64,000 nt of DNA from an uncultured Chloroflexia bacterium (GCA_963774265.1 CAVZDU010000009.1:64001-128000); one strand, 5' to 3'; counted from the stretch's first letter, positions 41,760 to 53,214 are shown. The notes: a model not told the origin generated them from the letters alone. Translations and numbers: made by a program.

Positions 41760-43305
41760 ATGGCAATCACGCTGAAGACGGCAGCTGAACGACGACGAGA
41801 AGGCAGCGCATTCTCGAAATCCATGGGCGCAGTGTGCTTCGCCACAGGCCATGCGATTCCCGATGGGCGAACCGGTTCAGTTCGACCACATTCGACGCGT
41901 TTACGCTGATGGCGGCGCTAGCGAACTGGACAATATCGCTCCGATGTGCGAGGACCCATAACAAGGCGAAAGGCACGCTGCCGCTTGGCGGACTTCAGGG
42001 TGAAGCTGCGTCTTGCAGGAGCTTCTTCTACCAGGGCGACAGCGCTGACCCTGAAGGACCTACTGGCATACTTGACAGTCGCAGGGTGACATCGAGTCCT
42101 ACGGGCAGCCTGTGGCGGTCACTGAAGCTACGACGAGCAAGGCTGGATCGATTCGAGACGCTGGCACGGTAACTTCGACTATCCGCTCTACACGTGCCCG
42201 ACGACCGGGTGGAAGTACTTCTACGCGACCCTACCTATCGAGCTCTGGATAGCGACGATGATGCCGACCACGAAGCTGGCCTGCAGCCTCGCTATCTGAT
42301 CTTCGACAAGGTGTTTGAGCTTGTACCGGCACTTTCAGCGACATCCCGTGCTGCAGCCTTCGATTGGCAGAATTCGACAACAATCGGATTCTGCTGTTCG
42401 ACGGCCAGCATAAGATGGCTGCTCTGCTGTGGACTGGACGACGAGTATTCGAATGCAAGATCTATCTCTCGCCGACCTGCGCCTGCTTAATCAGACGAAC
42501 ATCGCGGCCCATGACAAGTTCGCTCAGACGCGATTCTACACTTCGGTCATGGTCATGAAACTGGGAGCCGAGTTCGGCGCGGACTTCGAGAAGTACAAGA
42601 ACCTGGAGGACGGCGCAGCCAAGAGCGAGGCCGGTTTCATGCGTTTCCTGGAGCAGAGACCGCGCAACCAGACGATGAGCGAGCGACATCAAGAGCGCTT
42701 CCGCAGCTACCTGTACAACTCGTGTACTGGAGAGCCGCCGACAACCGATGCCGCTCAGCTATCGTCTCGAACGCGAACCGCAGTACGGACGAGAAGCCGC
42801 TGACCATGGACATGCTTGAGCAAGTCGCTGTTTGCCTGCTTCCTGTACACCGAGCCCGTCGAAGACGACATGGCGACCGACGCGTACAAGCGTGACAAGG
42901 AGATCGCGAACAACATCGCTCTGATGAACATGCTATACGACCTCGCGTCTCGGCGCCTGGAATCCGAAGGCGGGCCCGAATGACGGCACGCAGAGGAAGC
43001 TCAACCGGATGTTCCGGTCGAAGTCGATCATGGCTTGGTCCGAGCTGCTGCAGGGACGCGATCTGCGGCAAGCTGGAACTGCAGGATAGCGAGGACCGGG
43101 CACGACCTTTCTACCGCGACCTTACTGGCGAGGACCTTGGACCGAGTGAAGAAGTCTGTCGAACGGCTAGTGAACTGGAAGCTGTGGGCAGTCTCCACGC
43201 AGACGGCGAGATCGACCGGATCCTGTCGGACAATAAGAGTGCGGTAAGGATTGGTTCAAGGACCACGGCCTGACCACCGGGTATCTTATGGGGGCACCCG
43301 AATGA
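41760..43305 (+). CDS. HNH endonuclease + ParB/DGQHR-like domain protein (about 510 aa, many frameshifts)
   Basis: Manually stitched: AGGAG-ATG, CFATGH..QFDHI..GGASELDNIAPMC..HNKAKG; GLQPRYLIFDKV; RILLFDGQHKMAALL; ends GYLMGAPE* with ATGA overlap into hsdM. Confidence 0.75.
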
Positions 43306-44881
43306 GCAGGCACAAGCGGCAAGACCGCAGCACCCTCACCACCGCCCAGCAGCTCGGCAGCATCATCAAGTCGGCGCGCGACATCATGCGCAAGGACAAG
43401 GGGCTGAACGGCGACCTCGACCGCCTGCCGATGCTCACCTGGATCATGTTCCTCAAGTTCCTGGACGACATGGAGCGGATCGCGCGAGGCAGGAGGCGAT
43501 CCTGGCGGGCGAGCGCTTCCGCCCGGCCATCGAGCCGCCCTACCGCTGGCGCGACTGGGCGGCCAACGAGACGACGGCATCACCGGCGACGACCTGATCG
43601 CCTTCATCAACAACGACGAGGCCATGCGGCCCGACGGCACGCGCGGCCCGGGCCTGTTCGCCTACCTGCGCGGCCTGCAGGGCGCCAACGGCGGCGACCG
43701 GCGCGACGTGATCGCCACCGTCTTCCGGGCGTCGTCAACCGCATGATCAACGGCTACCTGCTGCGCGACGTCATCAACAAGGTCAACGGCATCCACTTCA
43801 CCGTCATCGGACGAGATCCACACCCTGGGCGCGCTGTACGAGTCGATGCTCAAGGAGATGCGCGACGCGGCCGGCGACTCCGGCGAGTTCTACACGCCCG
43901 CGCGCCGGTGGTCCGCTTCATGGTCGAGGTGATCGACCCGCGGCTGGGCGAGACCGTGCTCGACCCGGCCTGCGGCACCGGCGGCTTCCTGGTCGAGGCG
44001 TACAAGCACCTGGAGACGCAGTGCCAGACGGTCGAGGACCGCGAGACGCTGCAGGCAGCAGAGCATCTTCGGCGGCGAGGCCAAGCCGCTGCCCTACCTG
44101 CTGGCGCAGATGAACCTGCTGCTGCACGGGCTGGAGTACCCGCAGGATCGACCCGGACAACAGCCTGCGCTTCCCGCTGCGCGAGATCGGCGACCGGGAC
44201 CGGGTGGACGTCATCCTGACCAACCCACCCTTCGGCGGCGAGGAGGAGCGCGGCATCCTCGGCAACTTCCCCGACGACAAGCAGACCGCCGAGACGGCGC
44301 TGCTGTTCCTGCAGCTCATCATGCGCAAGCTGCGCCGCCAGCCCGAAGCCGGGCCGGGCCGCCGTGGTCGTGCCCAACGGCACGCTCTTCGGCGACGGCG
44401 TGTGCGGCGCGCATCAAGGAGGAGCTGCTGAAGGAGTTCAACCTGCACACCATCGTGCGGCTGCCCAACGGCGTCTTCGCGCCCTACACCAGCATCCCGA
44501 CCAACCTGCTGTTCTTCGACCGCTCCGGCCCGACGCAGGACGATCTGGTACTACGAGCAGCCGCTGCCCGAGGGCCGCAAGAAGTACACCAAGACGCAGC
44601 CGCTGCAGTACGAGGAGTTCGCCGACTGCCTGGCGTGGTGGAAGGACCGGCAGGAGAACGAGCGGGCGTGGAAGGTGAAGGCCGCCGACGTGCTGCAAGC
44701 TACGACGCGGCCGGCAACCTGGTCTCGGTCAACCTGGACATCAAGAACCCCAACGCCGCAGCAGGACCTGGAGCACCTGCCGCCGGAGCAGTTGGTCGAG
44801 GACATCCTGCGAGAAGGAGCAGCGGATTGCGGAGATAATGATGGAAATCAAGCAAGCGCTGACGGAGACGGCTCACGGTGA
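43302..44881 (+). CDS. hsdM: Type I restriction-modification methyltransferase (frameshifted)
   Basis: IKSARDIMRKDKGLNGD, GEFYTP, VLDPACGTGGFL, ILTNPPFGG, VVPNGTLF. Confidence 0.95.
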
Positions 44882-46070
44882 ACAGACGCGTTTGGCCCGC
44901 GTCACGCTGGGCTCGTTGCTAGCGCCAGTCGAGCGACCAGGAGTACATCGATTCCAGGTCAGAGCTCTATCGGCAGCTGGGCGTTAGGTTGTGGGGTGAA
45001 GGCGCGTACGAACGCGGAATCACTGGACAGGATAGTCAGAGCTGCGACTACACTTCAGTTGTCGCGGTGCAGAGGATGACCTTGTCGTAAACAAGATCTG
45101 GGCTCGCAACGGCAGCGTTGCCATTGTTCCGGCCGAAGTCTAGACGGTGCGTTACGTCTCAGGTGAGTTCCCCACATTCGACATCGACCAATCCGAGCTT
45201 CTGCCTCGCTGGTTCCACTTGGCTGACCAAGACACAGTGGCTTTTGGCAGCAGTGTGACCAGGACTATCACGAGGTACCAGCGGCAAGAATCGCATCCGA
45301 CCCGAGCCATTTCCTCGCAGTCACCATACCCTTGCCACCACTCGACGAGCAGCGCCGCATCGTGGCACGCATCGAGGAACTGGCGGCCAAGATTGAGGAG
45401 GCGCGGGGGCTGCGGCGCGAGGCTACGTTGGAGACCGCCTCGCTCATTCCAAGCCTGCTACATATATTCTTCGAATGTGACACTAGCCTTTGGACCACCA
45501 TATCGATGGCAGATGCAGTCAGCATCAACGACCGTCAAGTTGACCCGACCGTCATGCCCTATTCAGCCCTTCCCCATATAAGCGGCGAAAACATGGAGAG
45601 CCAAACGTGTAGGTTGCTGTCCTACAGGACGGCGGAGGAGGACGGCATCAAGAGCGGGAACTATCTCTTCTCATCTGGCACTATCCTCTATTCGAAGATT
45701 CGTCCTTATCTCCGAAAAGCCGTATACGTGGACTTTGACGGCGTCTGCAGCGCCGACGTGTACCCCATAAAGATAGTCAACGACAGTCTCGACCCTAGGT
45801 TTGTGATGTGGGCTTTAGTGGCAGGTCCGTTCACAGAATATGCCAACCGACTATCGGGACGCACCAGAATGCCCAAGCTGAATCGAAGGCAGTTGTTCGA
45901 CTTCCGTTGAGGTATCCGCCGCTTGAAGAACAGCATCGAATAGTCACGCTTTGGAGAAGCTGCGGAGCAGTGTGCAGTCAGTCAAACAGACGCAGGCCGA
46001 AATCTCTGCCGAACTCGACGCCCTGCTGCCGTCCATCCTGGACAGGGCATTCAAGGAAGAGTTGGTCTGA
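44878..46070 (+). CDS. hsdS: Type I restriction-modification specificity subunit (frameshifted)
   Basis: PPLDEQRRIVARIEELAAKIEEA, ILYSKIRPYL, YPPLEEQHRIV, LLPSILDRAFKEELV*. Confidence 0.92.
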
Positions 46071-46128
46071 TGTCGGCTGTTCCGGCAACAGGTGTGCATT
46101 CTAAGAACTCCTTTTCGTGAGGTGTCCA

Positions 46129-46809
46129 ATGGCCTCTGATTGGCCGCTAGTAATTGTCACCCTCTTGGTGGCAGTCACCGCCCTCCTAGTTCCTCTCGTC
46201 GCGGAATGGCTGAAACGAAGGGTCTATGCTCCAAGGCTGCAGGTGACGTACCGGCACGCTCCTCCTTGTAGCATACGTACCGGATGGCGCTCCCCCGTCA
46301 ATCCTGCGCTCCGCGAACCCGTCCACTACTTCAGGTAGTAGGTTGTCAACACAAGTGAATCGCGAGCAGAGCATTGCGAGGCCGTCCTCGAGGAGTTGTT
46401 CGTATATGATGCATCCGGGACGGCACGTAAGTTACCGGATTTCTCGTCACAGAACTTGCGCTGGGCAGGAACCGGGGAGACACTTGTGCAAATCAACCCC
46501 CGTCGGACAATGTATTGCGACATCGGCCATATCTCGTCTCCCACATATCAAGCCAGGGAGGAGCATGCCGTTTTCCTAGACGTTCCTGGTCGCGGCGATA
46601 ATGCGCTGCGTATGCTGTTGGACGAGGTGTCGTACCCGTATTCTCAACCCAATTGTCTCGCGCCGGGCAAGTATCGTCTAAAGATTGTAGTCTACTCCCA
46701 AAATGCACCCACCGTTGTCGCATGGTTGGAAGTTGATTGGACGGGAAGATGGCAGGACGCGCAGTCCGATATGCTGCGAGAACTGGTCATCACGGCCAAG
46801 AAGGGGTAA
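46129..46809 (+). pseudogene. Membrane-anchored hypothetical protein interrupted by two consecutive in-frame TAG codons
   Basis: N-terminal TM; VHYFR-TAG-TAG(46336-46341)-VVNTSESRAEHCEAVLEEL continues in the same frame to 46809. Confidence 0.7.
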
Positions 46810-46825
46810 GGGTTTCACGAAATCC

Positions 46826-48324
46826 ATGGACGAAGTGGAGTTGATGGTGCTTATCGCCGAAGGCGAGAGCGAACGGCTCGATTTCAAGCGAGAGCTTCGG
46901 CTCGACACGGGGCGAATGAAGGCTGAGTTCATCAAAGACGTCATATCTCTTGCCAATTCGGCCTCGGGCGTCGGCTACCTTTTAATCGGTGTCGATGATG
47001 AAAAACTAATTGTAGGAGCCGCGGAGGTCTCGGAGGAGCAAATTCAGAGTGTCTGCGACAGTTACATTACTCCACCGATTGCAGTCAAATACTATGCAGT
47101 GCCTTTTTCCACTCCCATCGTGCCCCCAGTTGGGGTCTTGGAGGTTAGGGCTCGTCGGCGTCCTCACCGGGTCGCTCGACCAATAGAGAACCTGAGCAAA
47201 GAAAACGTCTATGTGAGACACGGGTCCGTGGTAGCACGGGCTGGACCTGACGAAATAATCAAGTTGGATGAAGGCTGGCTGCGAGAGGCAGCAAAGAACC
47301 AACGACGGCTGACTGTGGCTGGAGGGAAGCTAACGCGGGGTAACTGGACGGAAGCCATAAAGGGATTCTCCAGAGTCATCGACGCGGAACCAAGTGGAGA
47401 GGTTTATCTGGAGCGCTGTGAAGGCGTTTACTGAGGCTTACAAAATCACGCAGCCGCAGGAAAACGCCACTGACGCTGGAAGACTTCTCCGTAGTGCCTA
47501 TGAGGACTACTGCCATGCAGTGGACCTGGCCGATTCCGTGGAGTTGGAGAGGAAAGCGCGGAAGGGGCGCCTACGCTTTGACTTTGGCCGCGGTCCCGAA
47601 GGGGAATGGGACACCGATTTGGCGTGGCTCAAATCGCGCTCGGAGGGACGCGAATACGGGGAAGTCCTCGTCTGCGAGCAGCAAGTCTATTACAATCGTT
47701 CAGGCGAGGTCGGTCACGACGCGGTCCCTCTGCTTACACAGGCAATTGAGCTGGGATGTGACAGCGCTCAGGCATATTTCCTCCGTGCAATAGGACATCG
47801 AGCTGGCTTCAACTACGGTCTTGCTCTGAATGATTTGGATGAAGCAGTTCGTCGCTTGAAGCAGGGCGACGCGAAGACTTTCGCTGAGTATCTCACATAT
47901 CAAGCTGAGGTGCTGGCTTCGATGGAGAGATTTGGAGAGGCGTACAGGGCATTGGAGCAAGCGAGCAAAGCTGACTCAAGAACCATGCGAGTGACAACTT
48001 GGCTCACGTGGAACCAATCCATGGTGCTTTGTCTTGAAGTATGCCCTGCAAGCCGGTTTCCCTGGCTGCGAGCCATATGAGACTGCTCAAATCGCTGCAG
48101 CGAAGGTACTGGCGCTGAGTTTGGACCCCTCGGCGGTCCGCGAAACATACGCCGATTGCCCGGAGCTGAGAGCACTTGTGGAGAGACTGCTGGGCGAAGA
48201 CTTTGCTGAACTCGTGCGGAATGATCTCAACCAGTACACTGTCGAGATACAGGCGGAGAGTATTATTGACCGTGCCGACATCTATCGAATCTGGCCTCGA
48301 ACATCCCGAGCGCCAGGTGATTGA
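46826..48324 (+). CDS. Schlafen/AlbA_2 domain + TPR-like repeat protein (frameshifted)
   Basis: GESERLDFKREL, KDVISLANS..GYLLIGVDD, YVRHGS; then AYFLRA..ALNDLDEAV and FGEAYRALEQA helical repeats. Confidence 0.8.
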
Positions 48325-48358
48325 GTGATGGGCGAGAGCTTTCGAGGTGTGCTTCCAC

Positions 48359-48476
48359 TGGGTCCGGACCATCAACCAGCACGGCGGAGTTCGGTCGCTG
48401 GCGTTCGGATGTGTCCAAGCAGCCGGGGGACATACTGGACATTCTTGCGCAGCACGTCACATATGGACAGGAGTGA
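48359..48476 (+). pseudogene. C-terminal relic of a type III restriction Res-like protein
   Basis: WVRTINQHGG[+1]FGRWRSDVSKQPGDILDILAQH..* resembles the WVxAVNxHGGFGRW terminus of this family (from memory). Confidence 0.55.
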
Positions 48477-48573
48477 TGGAGATGCAGCACCTCGGCATCG
48501 CATACGCGGGCAGCGTTTCTATCGATGCGAACCGTTTTGCCACAACAAGTGACCGCCGTATAGCGAGCAAACT

Positions 48574-50249
48574 ATGGATGCCATAATTGCCGGTCTACAT
48601 CATTGGCTTCGCTCTCTTCACAGTGGTCTTCACTGTGTTGATAGTTCGTAGGGCGAGGGAGCAAGAGGCGCGGGGCGGCGGACGAGCAGGTGAGGGTATT
48701 ACGCGAGGCGGAGGGGCAGCGGAAAGAACAGGAGAGGAGATCGCGAGGCGGAGGGGCGGCGGAAAGAACAGTACGAGAGGATGAGGGAAGGGCTGGAAAG
48801 GCACAGGAAGCAGGAGAGGGAGCAGAAGGAGATGCGGGAGAAGCAGGAGAGGGAGCAGAAGGAGATGTGGGAGAGGCAACTGCGGGAGGCGGAGGAGAAA
48901 CGCAAAGAGTACCAAACTCGCTGGAACGCAGTGCAGGCAAACGTGCGAAGCGCCACCCAGCTGAGGGAGTTCGTGCCCCGGATTCTTACTGACGCCGCTC
49001 TATTTCCTCGCTCAACCTCTGGTTCCCTGGACCCAGAGAGCACGCTTTTTCGACCCGAGTAGGCATCGTTGACCTGCAAGGCCACTTCAAGCAGGTCCTT
49101 CTCAGCGGTCGCTACCCCTCCGCGTTTCCCATCTCCCATGACCTATTCCTCGATTCCGGCACTGGAATCCTGGTCGTCGACTACACCCTGCCTGCGCCGA
49201 GTGACCTTCCGACGCTCAAGGAGGTTCTTGAGAAGCGCAGCACTGGTGAAACAGTGGAGAAGCACATAAGCACCACCGAACACAGTCGGCTCTACGATAC
49301 TCTCGTTTACAGTATAGCGTTGCGCACCATCCATGAGCTGTTTGCAGCGGATGTCCAAAAGGTAGTGACCGCGGTGGTATTCAACGGGTATGTACAGACG
49401 GTGAACCCCGCCACGGGCCAACCCGCGCGTCCGTGCATCATTTCCGTGCACGCCGGCAAGGACCAGTTCCAAGCCATCAATCTCGCCAACGTCGAGCCGA
49501 AAGCTTGCTTCCGACTTCTCAAGGGGGTTGGAAGCTCAAAGCTGCACACGATAACCCCCATAGTGCCCATCTTCAGCGTTTCGATGGAGGATAAGCGATT
49601 CGTCACGTCTCGGCCCATCGTCGAGGCAGTGCAAGGGGACCAGAATCTTGCCAGCATGGATTGGGAGGACTTCGAGCACCTTGTCCGCGAGGTTCTTGAA
49701 ACGGAGTTTGCTGGAAACGGGGGCGAGGTGAAGGTGACCCGTGCCAGTCGCGACGGTGGGATTGACGCCATAGCATTTGACCCGGACCCGATTCGCGGCG
49801 GCAAGATTGCCATCCAAGCCAAGCGGTATACAAATACGGTTGGTGTGGCAGCGGTGCGCGACCTGTATGGCACCGTCATCAATGAGGGGGCCATGAAAGG
49901 AATCCTGGTCACCACTGCAGACTATGGCCCCGACGCCTATGAATTTGCGAAAGGCAAGCCCATTACGTTACTCAACGGGGGCCACTTGCTGTATTTGCTG
50001 GAGAAGCACGGTCACCGGGCCCGCATCGACCTGGAGGAGGCCAAACGTACCCTTGCTGAGTCCCAAACTGCGACAGGGTCGTCAACTGCTCGACCGCGCA
50101 GTCGTGAGACTCGACAATGCTGTGACGGTAATCATGCGACAGCAGCGGCAGAGCTCGAGTGCGGAGTCTTTTCGTCAGCGAGAGGACCTTCGAAGCCGGG
50201 GAAGCTCACATCCGCAGCTAGCCCGAACATGAACGGGCAAGTATCGTAG
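48574..50249 (+). CDS. Mrr-family restriction endonuclease with N-terminal TM helix and coiled coil (frameshifted)
   Basis: IIGFALFTVVFTVLIV; EREQKEM repeats; MDWEDFEHLV, DGGIDAIA, IAIQAKRY, VRDLYGTV, GILVTT. Confidence 0.87.
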
Positions 50250-50421
50250 CTCAGTGGCAGAGCAAGCGGCTCATAATCGCTGGGTCCTCAGTTCGAGTCT
50301 GAGCGTCGCCACCTAAGCCGGTGGCCCGAGGCTACGATAGTAGCACGGTCACCTCTTAACCCGATAACGCCTTCCGGTGAGCGTGCTCCTTGGGAGCCTT
50401 GCGCTGCCGTAAGGCGTTTTT
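50245..50421 (+). repeat. Right copy of 177-bp direct repeat (attR-like; tRNA-Met lacking its first 5 nt)
   Basis: Matches 38946-39122; acceptor stem cannot form. Confidence 0.95.
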
Positions 50422-50446
50422 GCTTCTCACAGCAGGGGACCTTTGT

Positions 50447-51619
50447 ATGGCTCAAACCTTCCGCCGCGACCGTTTCACCTGGCTCGCGTACTGCTTACTG
50501 GCCTTCTATAGTTACTTCATCAACGGTCTCGGCCCCATCACGCCCTTCCTCAAAGACGAATTAGGACTCTCCTATACCGTCAGCAGCCTGCACTTCACTG
50601 CCTTCGCGGCCGGCATCCTGGGGGCCGGCCTGGGCAGCCCCTGGCTGGTCCGCCGCGTCGGGCGCATGTCAGCAGTGTGGATCGGCACAGCCGGGCTGAG
50701 CCTCGGCGCGCTGTTTCTCCTGCTTGGGCGGACCCCTCTCCTGACGATCGGCGCATCCTTCGTCATGGGATTGATCGGCTCGCTGATCCTCGCCATCGTG
50801 CCGGGCGCATTGTCGGACCGGCATGGCGACATGCGCGCGGTGGCCCTGTCAGAGGCGAACGTGCTCTCGTCGCTCCTGGGCGCCGTCGTGCCCTTGCTGG
50901 TGGGGTGGTTCGCGCGTTCGCTCGGCCAATGGCGTTGGGCGCTGGGCATTGCGCTGCTGACCCCGATTCTGCTCTGGCTGTGGCTGGGTCGTGATGGCGC
51001 ATCTGGGGAGAAGACCGTCCCCGAAACACGGAGCGGAGACGATCGCAACCTTCCGCTTCGCTACTGGGTTCACTGGGCCGCGCTCGTGCTCGCGATTGCG
51101 GTGGAGTTCTGCATGATCCTGTGGAGCGCAGACTACCTGGAGCATGTTCTGGGGCTCCAAAGGGCAAACGCAGCGCAGGCCGTGAGCCTGTTCCTGGGCG
51201 CGATGATCATCGGGCGATGGGCGGGCAGCCGGCTGGTCCGGCGGCTCTCCGCGCGCCTGCTCGTCACCGTCACGATCCTGGTGGCGGGGGTCGGATTCCT
51301 GGCCTTCTGGCGAGCAGAGAGTCCCCTCGTCGGGTTGAGCGGCCTGTTCCTCACCGGACTGGGGGTGGCCAGCCTGTACCCCTTGCTGCTCTCCCTGGCG
51401 ATCGCATCCGCAAGGGACAAGACCGTCGAGGCGAGCAGTCGCGCAACGCTGGCGTCAGGCGTCGCCATCATGACGCTGCCCCTCGTCTTGGGACGCATCG
51501 CCGATGCCGTCGGCATCCAACTCGCCTACGGGGTCGTCCTCGTGCTGATCGTGGGCCTCTTCTTCGTCAGTTGGGTGGCGGGGAGCGACCGAATCTGGAA
51601 CGCAAAGCCAGGTCTATGA
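50447..51619 (+). CDS. MFS transporter
   Basis: About 12 TM segments, GPITPFLKDELGLSY, GRIADAVG. Confidence 0.88.
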   Translation: MAQTFRRDRFTWLAYCLLAFYSYFINGLGPITPFLKDELGLSYTVSSLHFTAFAAGILGAGLGSPWLVRRVGRMSAVWIGTAGLSLGALFLLLGRTPLLTIGASFVMGLIGSLILAIVPGALSDRHGDMRAVALSEANVLSSLLGAVVPLLVGWFARSLGQWRWALGIALLTPILLWLWLGRDGASGEKTVPETRSGDDRNLPLRYWVHWAALVLAIAVEFCMILWSADYLEHVLGLQRANAAQAVSLFLGAMIIGRWAGSRLVRRLSARLLVTVTILVAGVGFLAFWRAESPLVGLSGLFLTGLGVASLYPLLLSLAIASARDKTVEASSRATLASGVAIMTLPLVLGRIADAVGIQLAYGVVLVLIVGLFFVSWVAGSDRIWNAKPGL

Positions 51620-51652
51620 TTGACTTGACGGCGGCCGCTCCCCCCCGCCGGC

Positions 51653-53214
51653 CTACACCCTTTCGCTGATCACCTTCGCCTGCAGGAACAGCTGCAGGTA
51701 GTCAGTCCCGCCCGCCTTCGAATCGGTGCCGCTCATGTTGAAGCCGCCGAACGGATGCACCCCCACCAGCGCATGCGTGCACTTGCGGTTCAGGTACAGG
51801 TTGCCGGCGTGAAACTCCTGGCGCGCGCACTCCAGCCGATCGCGACGCATGGAATAGAGGCTGCCCGTCAGCCCATAGTCGGTGTTGTTGGCAATCTCCA
51901 GGCCCTCGACGAAGTCCTCGGCCTTCAGGACCGCCAACACCGGTCCGAACACTTCTTCCTGCGCCAGCCGCGCATCGGGCGCCACATCGGCGATCACGGT
52001 CGGCTGCAGGTAGTAGCCTCCGGCCCGGTTGGGGATCACCTCGCCGCCCGCAACCAGCCTGCCTTCAGCCTTGCCGATCTCAATGTACTCCAGATGCTTC
52101 TTGAGCGCCTTCTCGTCGATCACCGGCCCCATCTCGACGCGCCGGGACCCAACGCCGGATCGCCGACGTTCAGCCTGCCGGTCCGCTCGACAATCTTCGC
52201 CAGCAGCTCATCGTAGACCGCCTCCACAATGATGGCACGCGAACAGGCGGAACACTTCTGGCCGGCGTAGCCAAACGCAGCCGAGACGATGCCCGCGGCG
52301 GCCTCGTCCAGATCCGCGGTTTCGTCCACCAGGATCGCATCCTTGCCGCCCATCTCCAGGATCGTGCGCTTGAGCCACTTCTGGCCCCCCTGCACCACCG
52401 CGGCGCGCTGGTGGATGCGGAGGCCCACTTCCTTGCTGCCGGTGAACGCGATGAAGCGCGTCAACGGGTGATCCACTAGCACGTCGCCTACTGTGCCGCC
52501 GGGGCCGGGCAGGAAGTTGAGCACGCCCGCGGGGAGATGCAGCTCGTCCACAAAGAGCGCGGCGAGCCACGCCGCAATGACGGGCGTCGCGCTGGCCGGC
52601 TTCAGCACCGCGGTGTTGCCTGTGACGATGGTTGCGGTCGTCATGCCGGTCATGATCGCGTTCGGGAAGTTCCACGGCGGGATCACGACGCCCACGCCCA
52701 GCGGGATGTAGTGGAGCTCGGTCTCATGGTTCGGCTCGGGATGTGTCGGGTGCGGCTCGCCCAGCCGCAACATCTCACGGCCGTAGAATTCCATGAAGTC
52801 GATGGCCTCGGCGGTGTCCGCATCCGCCTCGCCCCACGGCTTGCCGGCCTCAAAGACCATCAACGCGCTGAACTCATGCTTGCGCTCGCGCATGATCTTT
52901 GCCGCGCTGAACAGGTAACGCGCCCGCTCGGTGTAGGGAATGCGACGCCAATGCTCGAACGCCCTGGCAGCTTCCCGCACCGCGCGGTCCGCCAGCTCGG
53001 GCGTGGCCTGGCTCACGCGACCGATGACCTGCGCCGGCTCCGCCGGATTCCGGCTCTCCAGAACCTCGTCCGTAAAAACCTTCTCCCCGCCGATAATCAG
53101 GGGATAGGTGCGGCCCATTTGCCCGCGGACCCTGTCCAGGGCGGCGTGAAAGGCCTGCACATTCTGGGTGAGGCTGAAATCGGTTAACGGCTCATTGACA
53201 AAGGGCTTCTTCAT
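51653..53214 (-). CDS. pruA: L-glutamate gamma-semialdehyde (P5C) dehydrogenase (frameshift near 52135)
   Basis: [54 protein letters not shown]. Confidence 0.93.

Larger units (their letters stand above)
38946..50421. mobile_element. tRNA-Met-anchored defence island, 11.3 kb, no integrase recognised
   Basis: Bounded by direct repeats; R-M and nuclease cargo; visibly lower GC from hsdS onward. Confidence 0.85.

Noticed and set aside
41760-43305. HNH protein as the homing endonuclease of the nearby tRNA-fMet intron
   Set aside because: It is 3 kb away, coupled to hsd genes inside a separate island, and carries a ParB-like domain
40600-45300. High indel density in the island as evidence of low coverage from excision
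   Set aside because: Similar density occurs outside the island at 36100-38400, so it is not diagnostic without reads
50245-50311. Second functional tRNA-Met gene
   Set aside because: The first five nucleotides are replaced, so the acceptor stem cannot pair, and no promoter is evident
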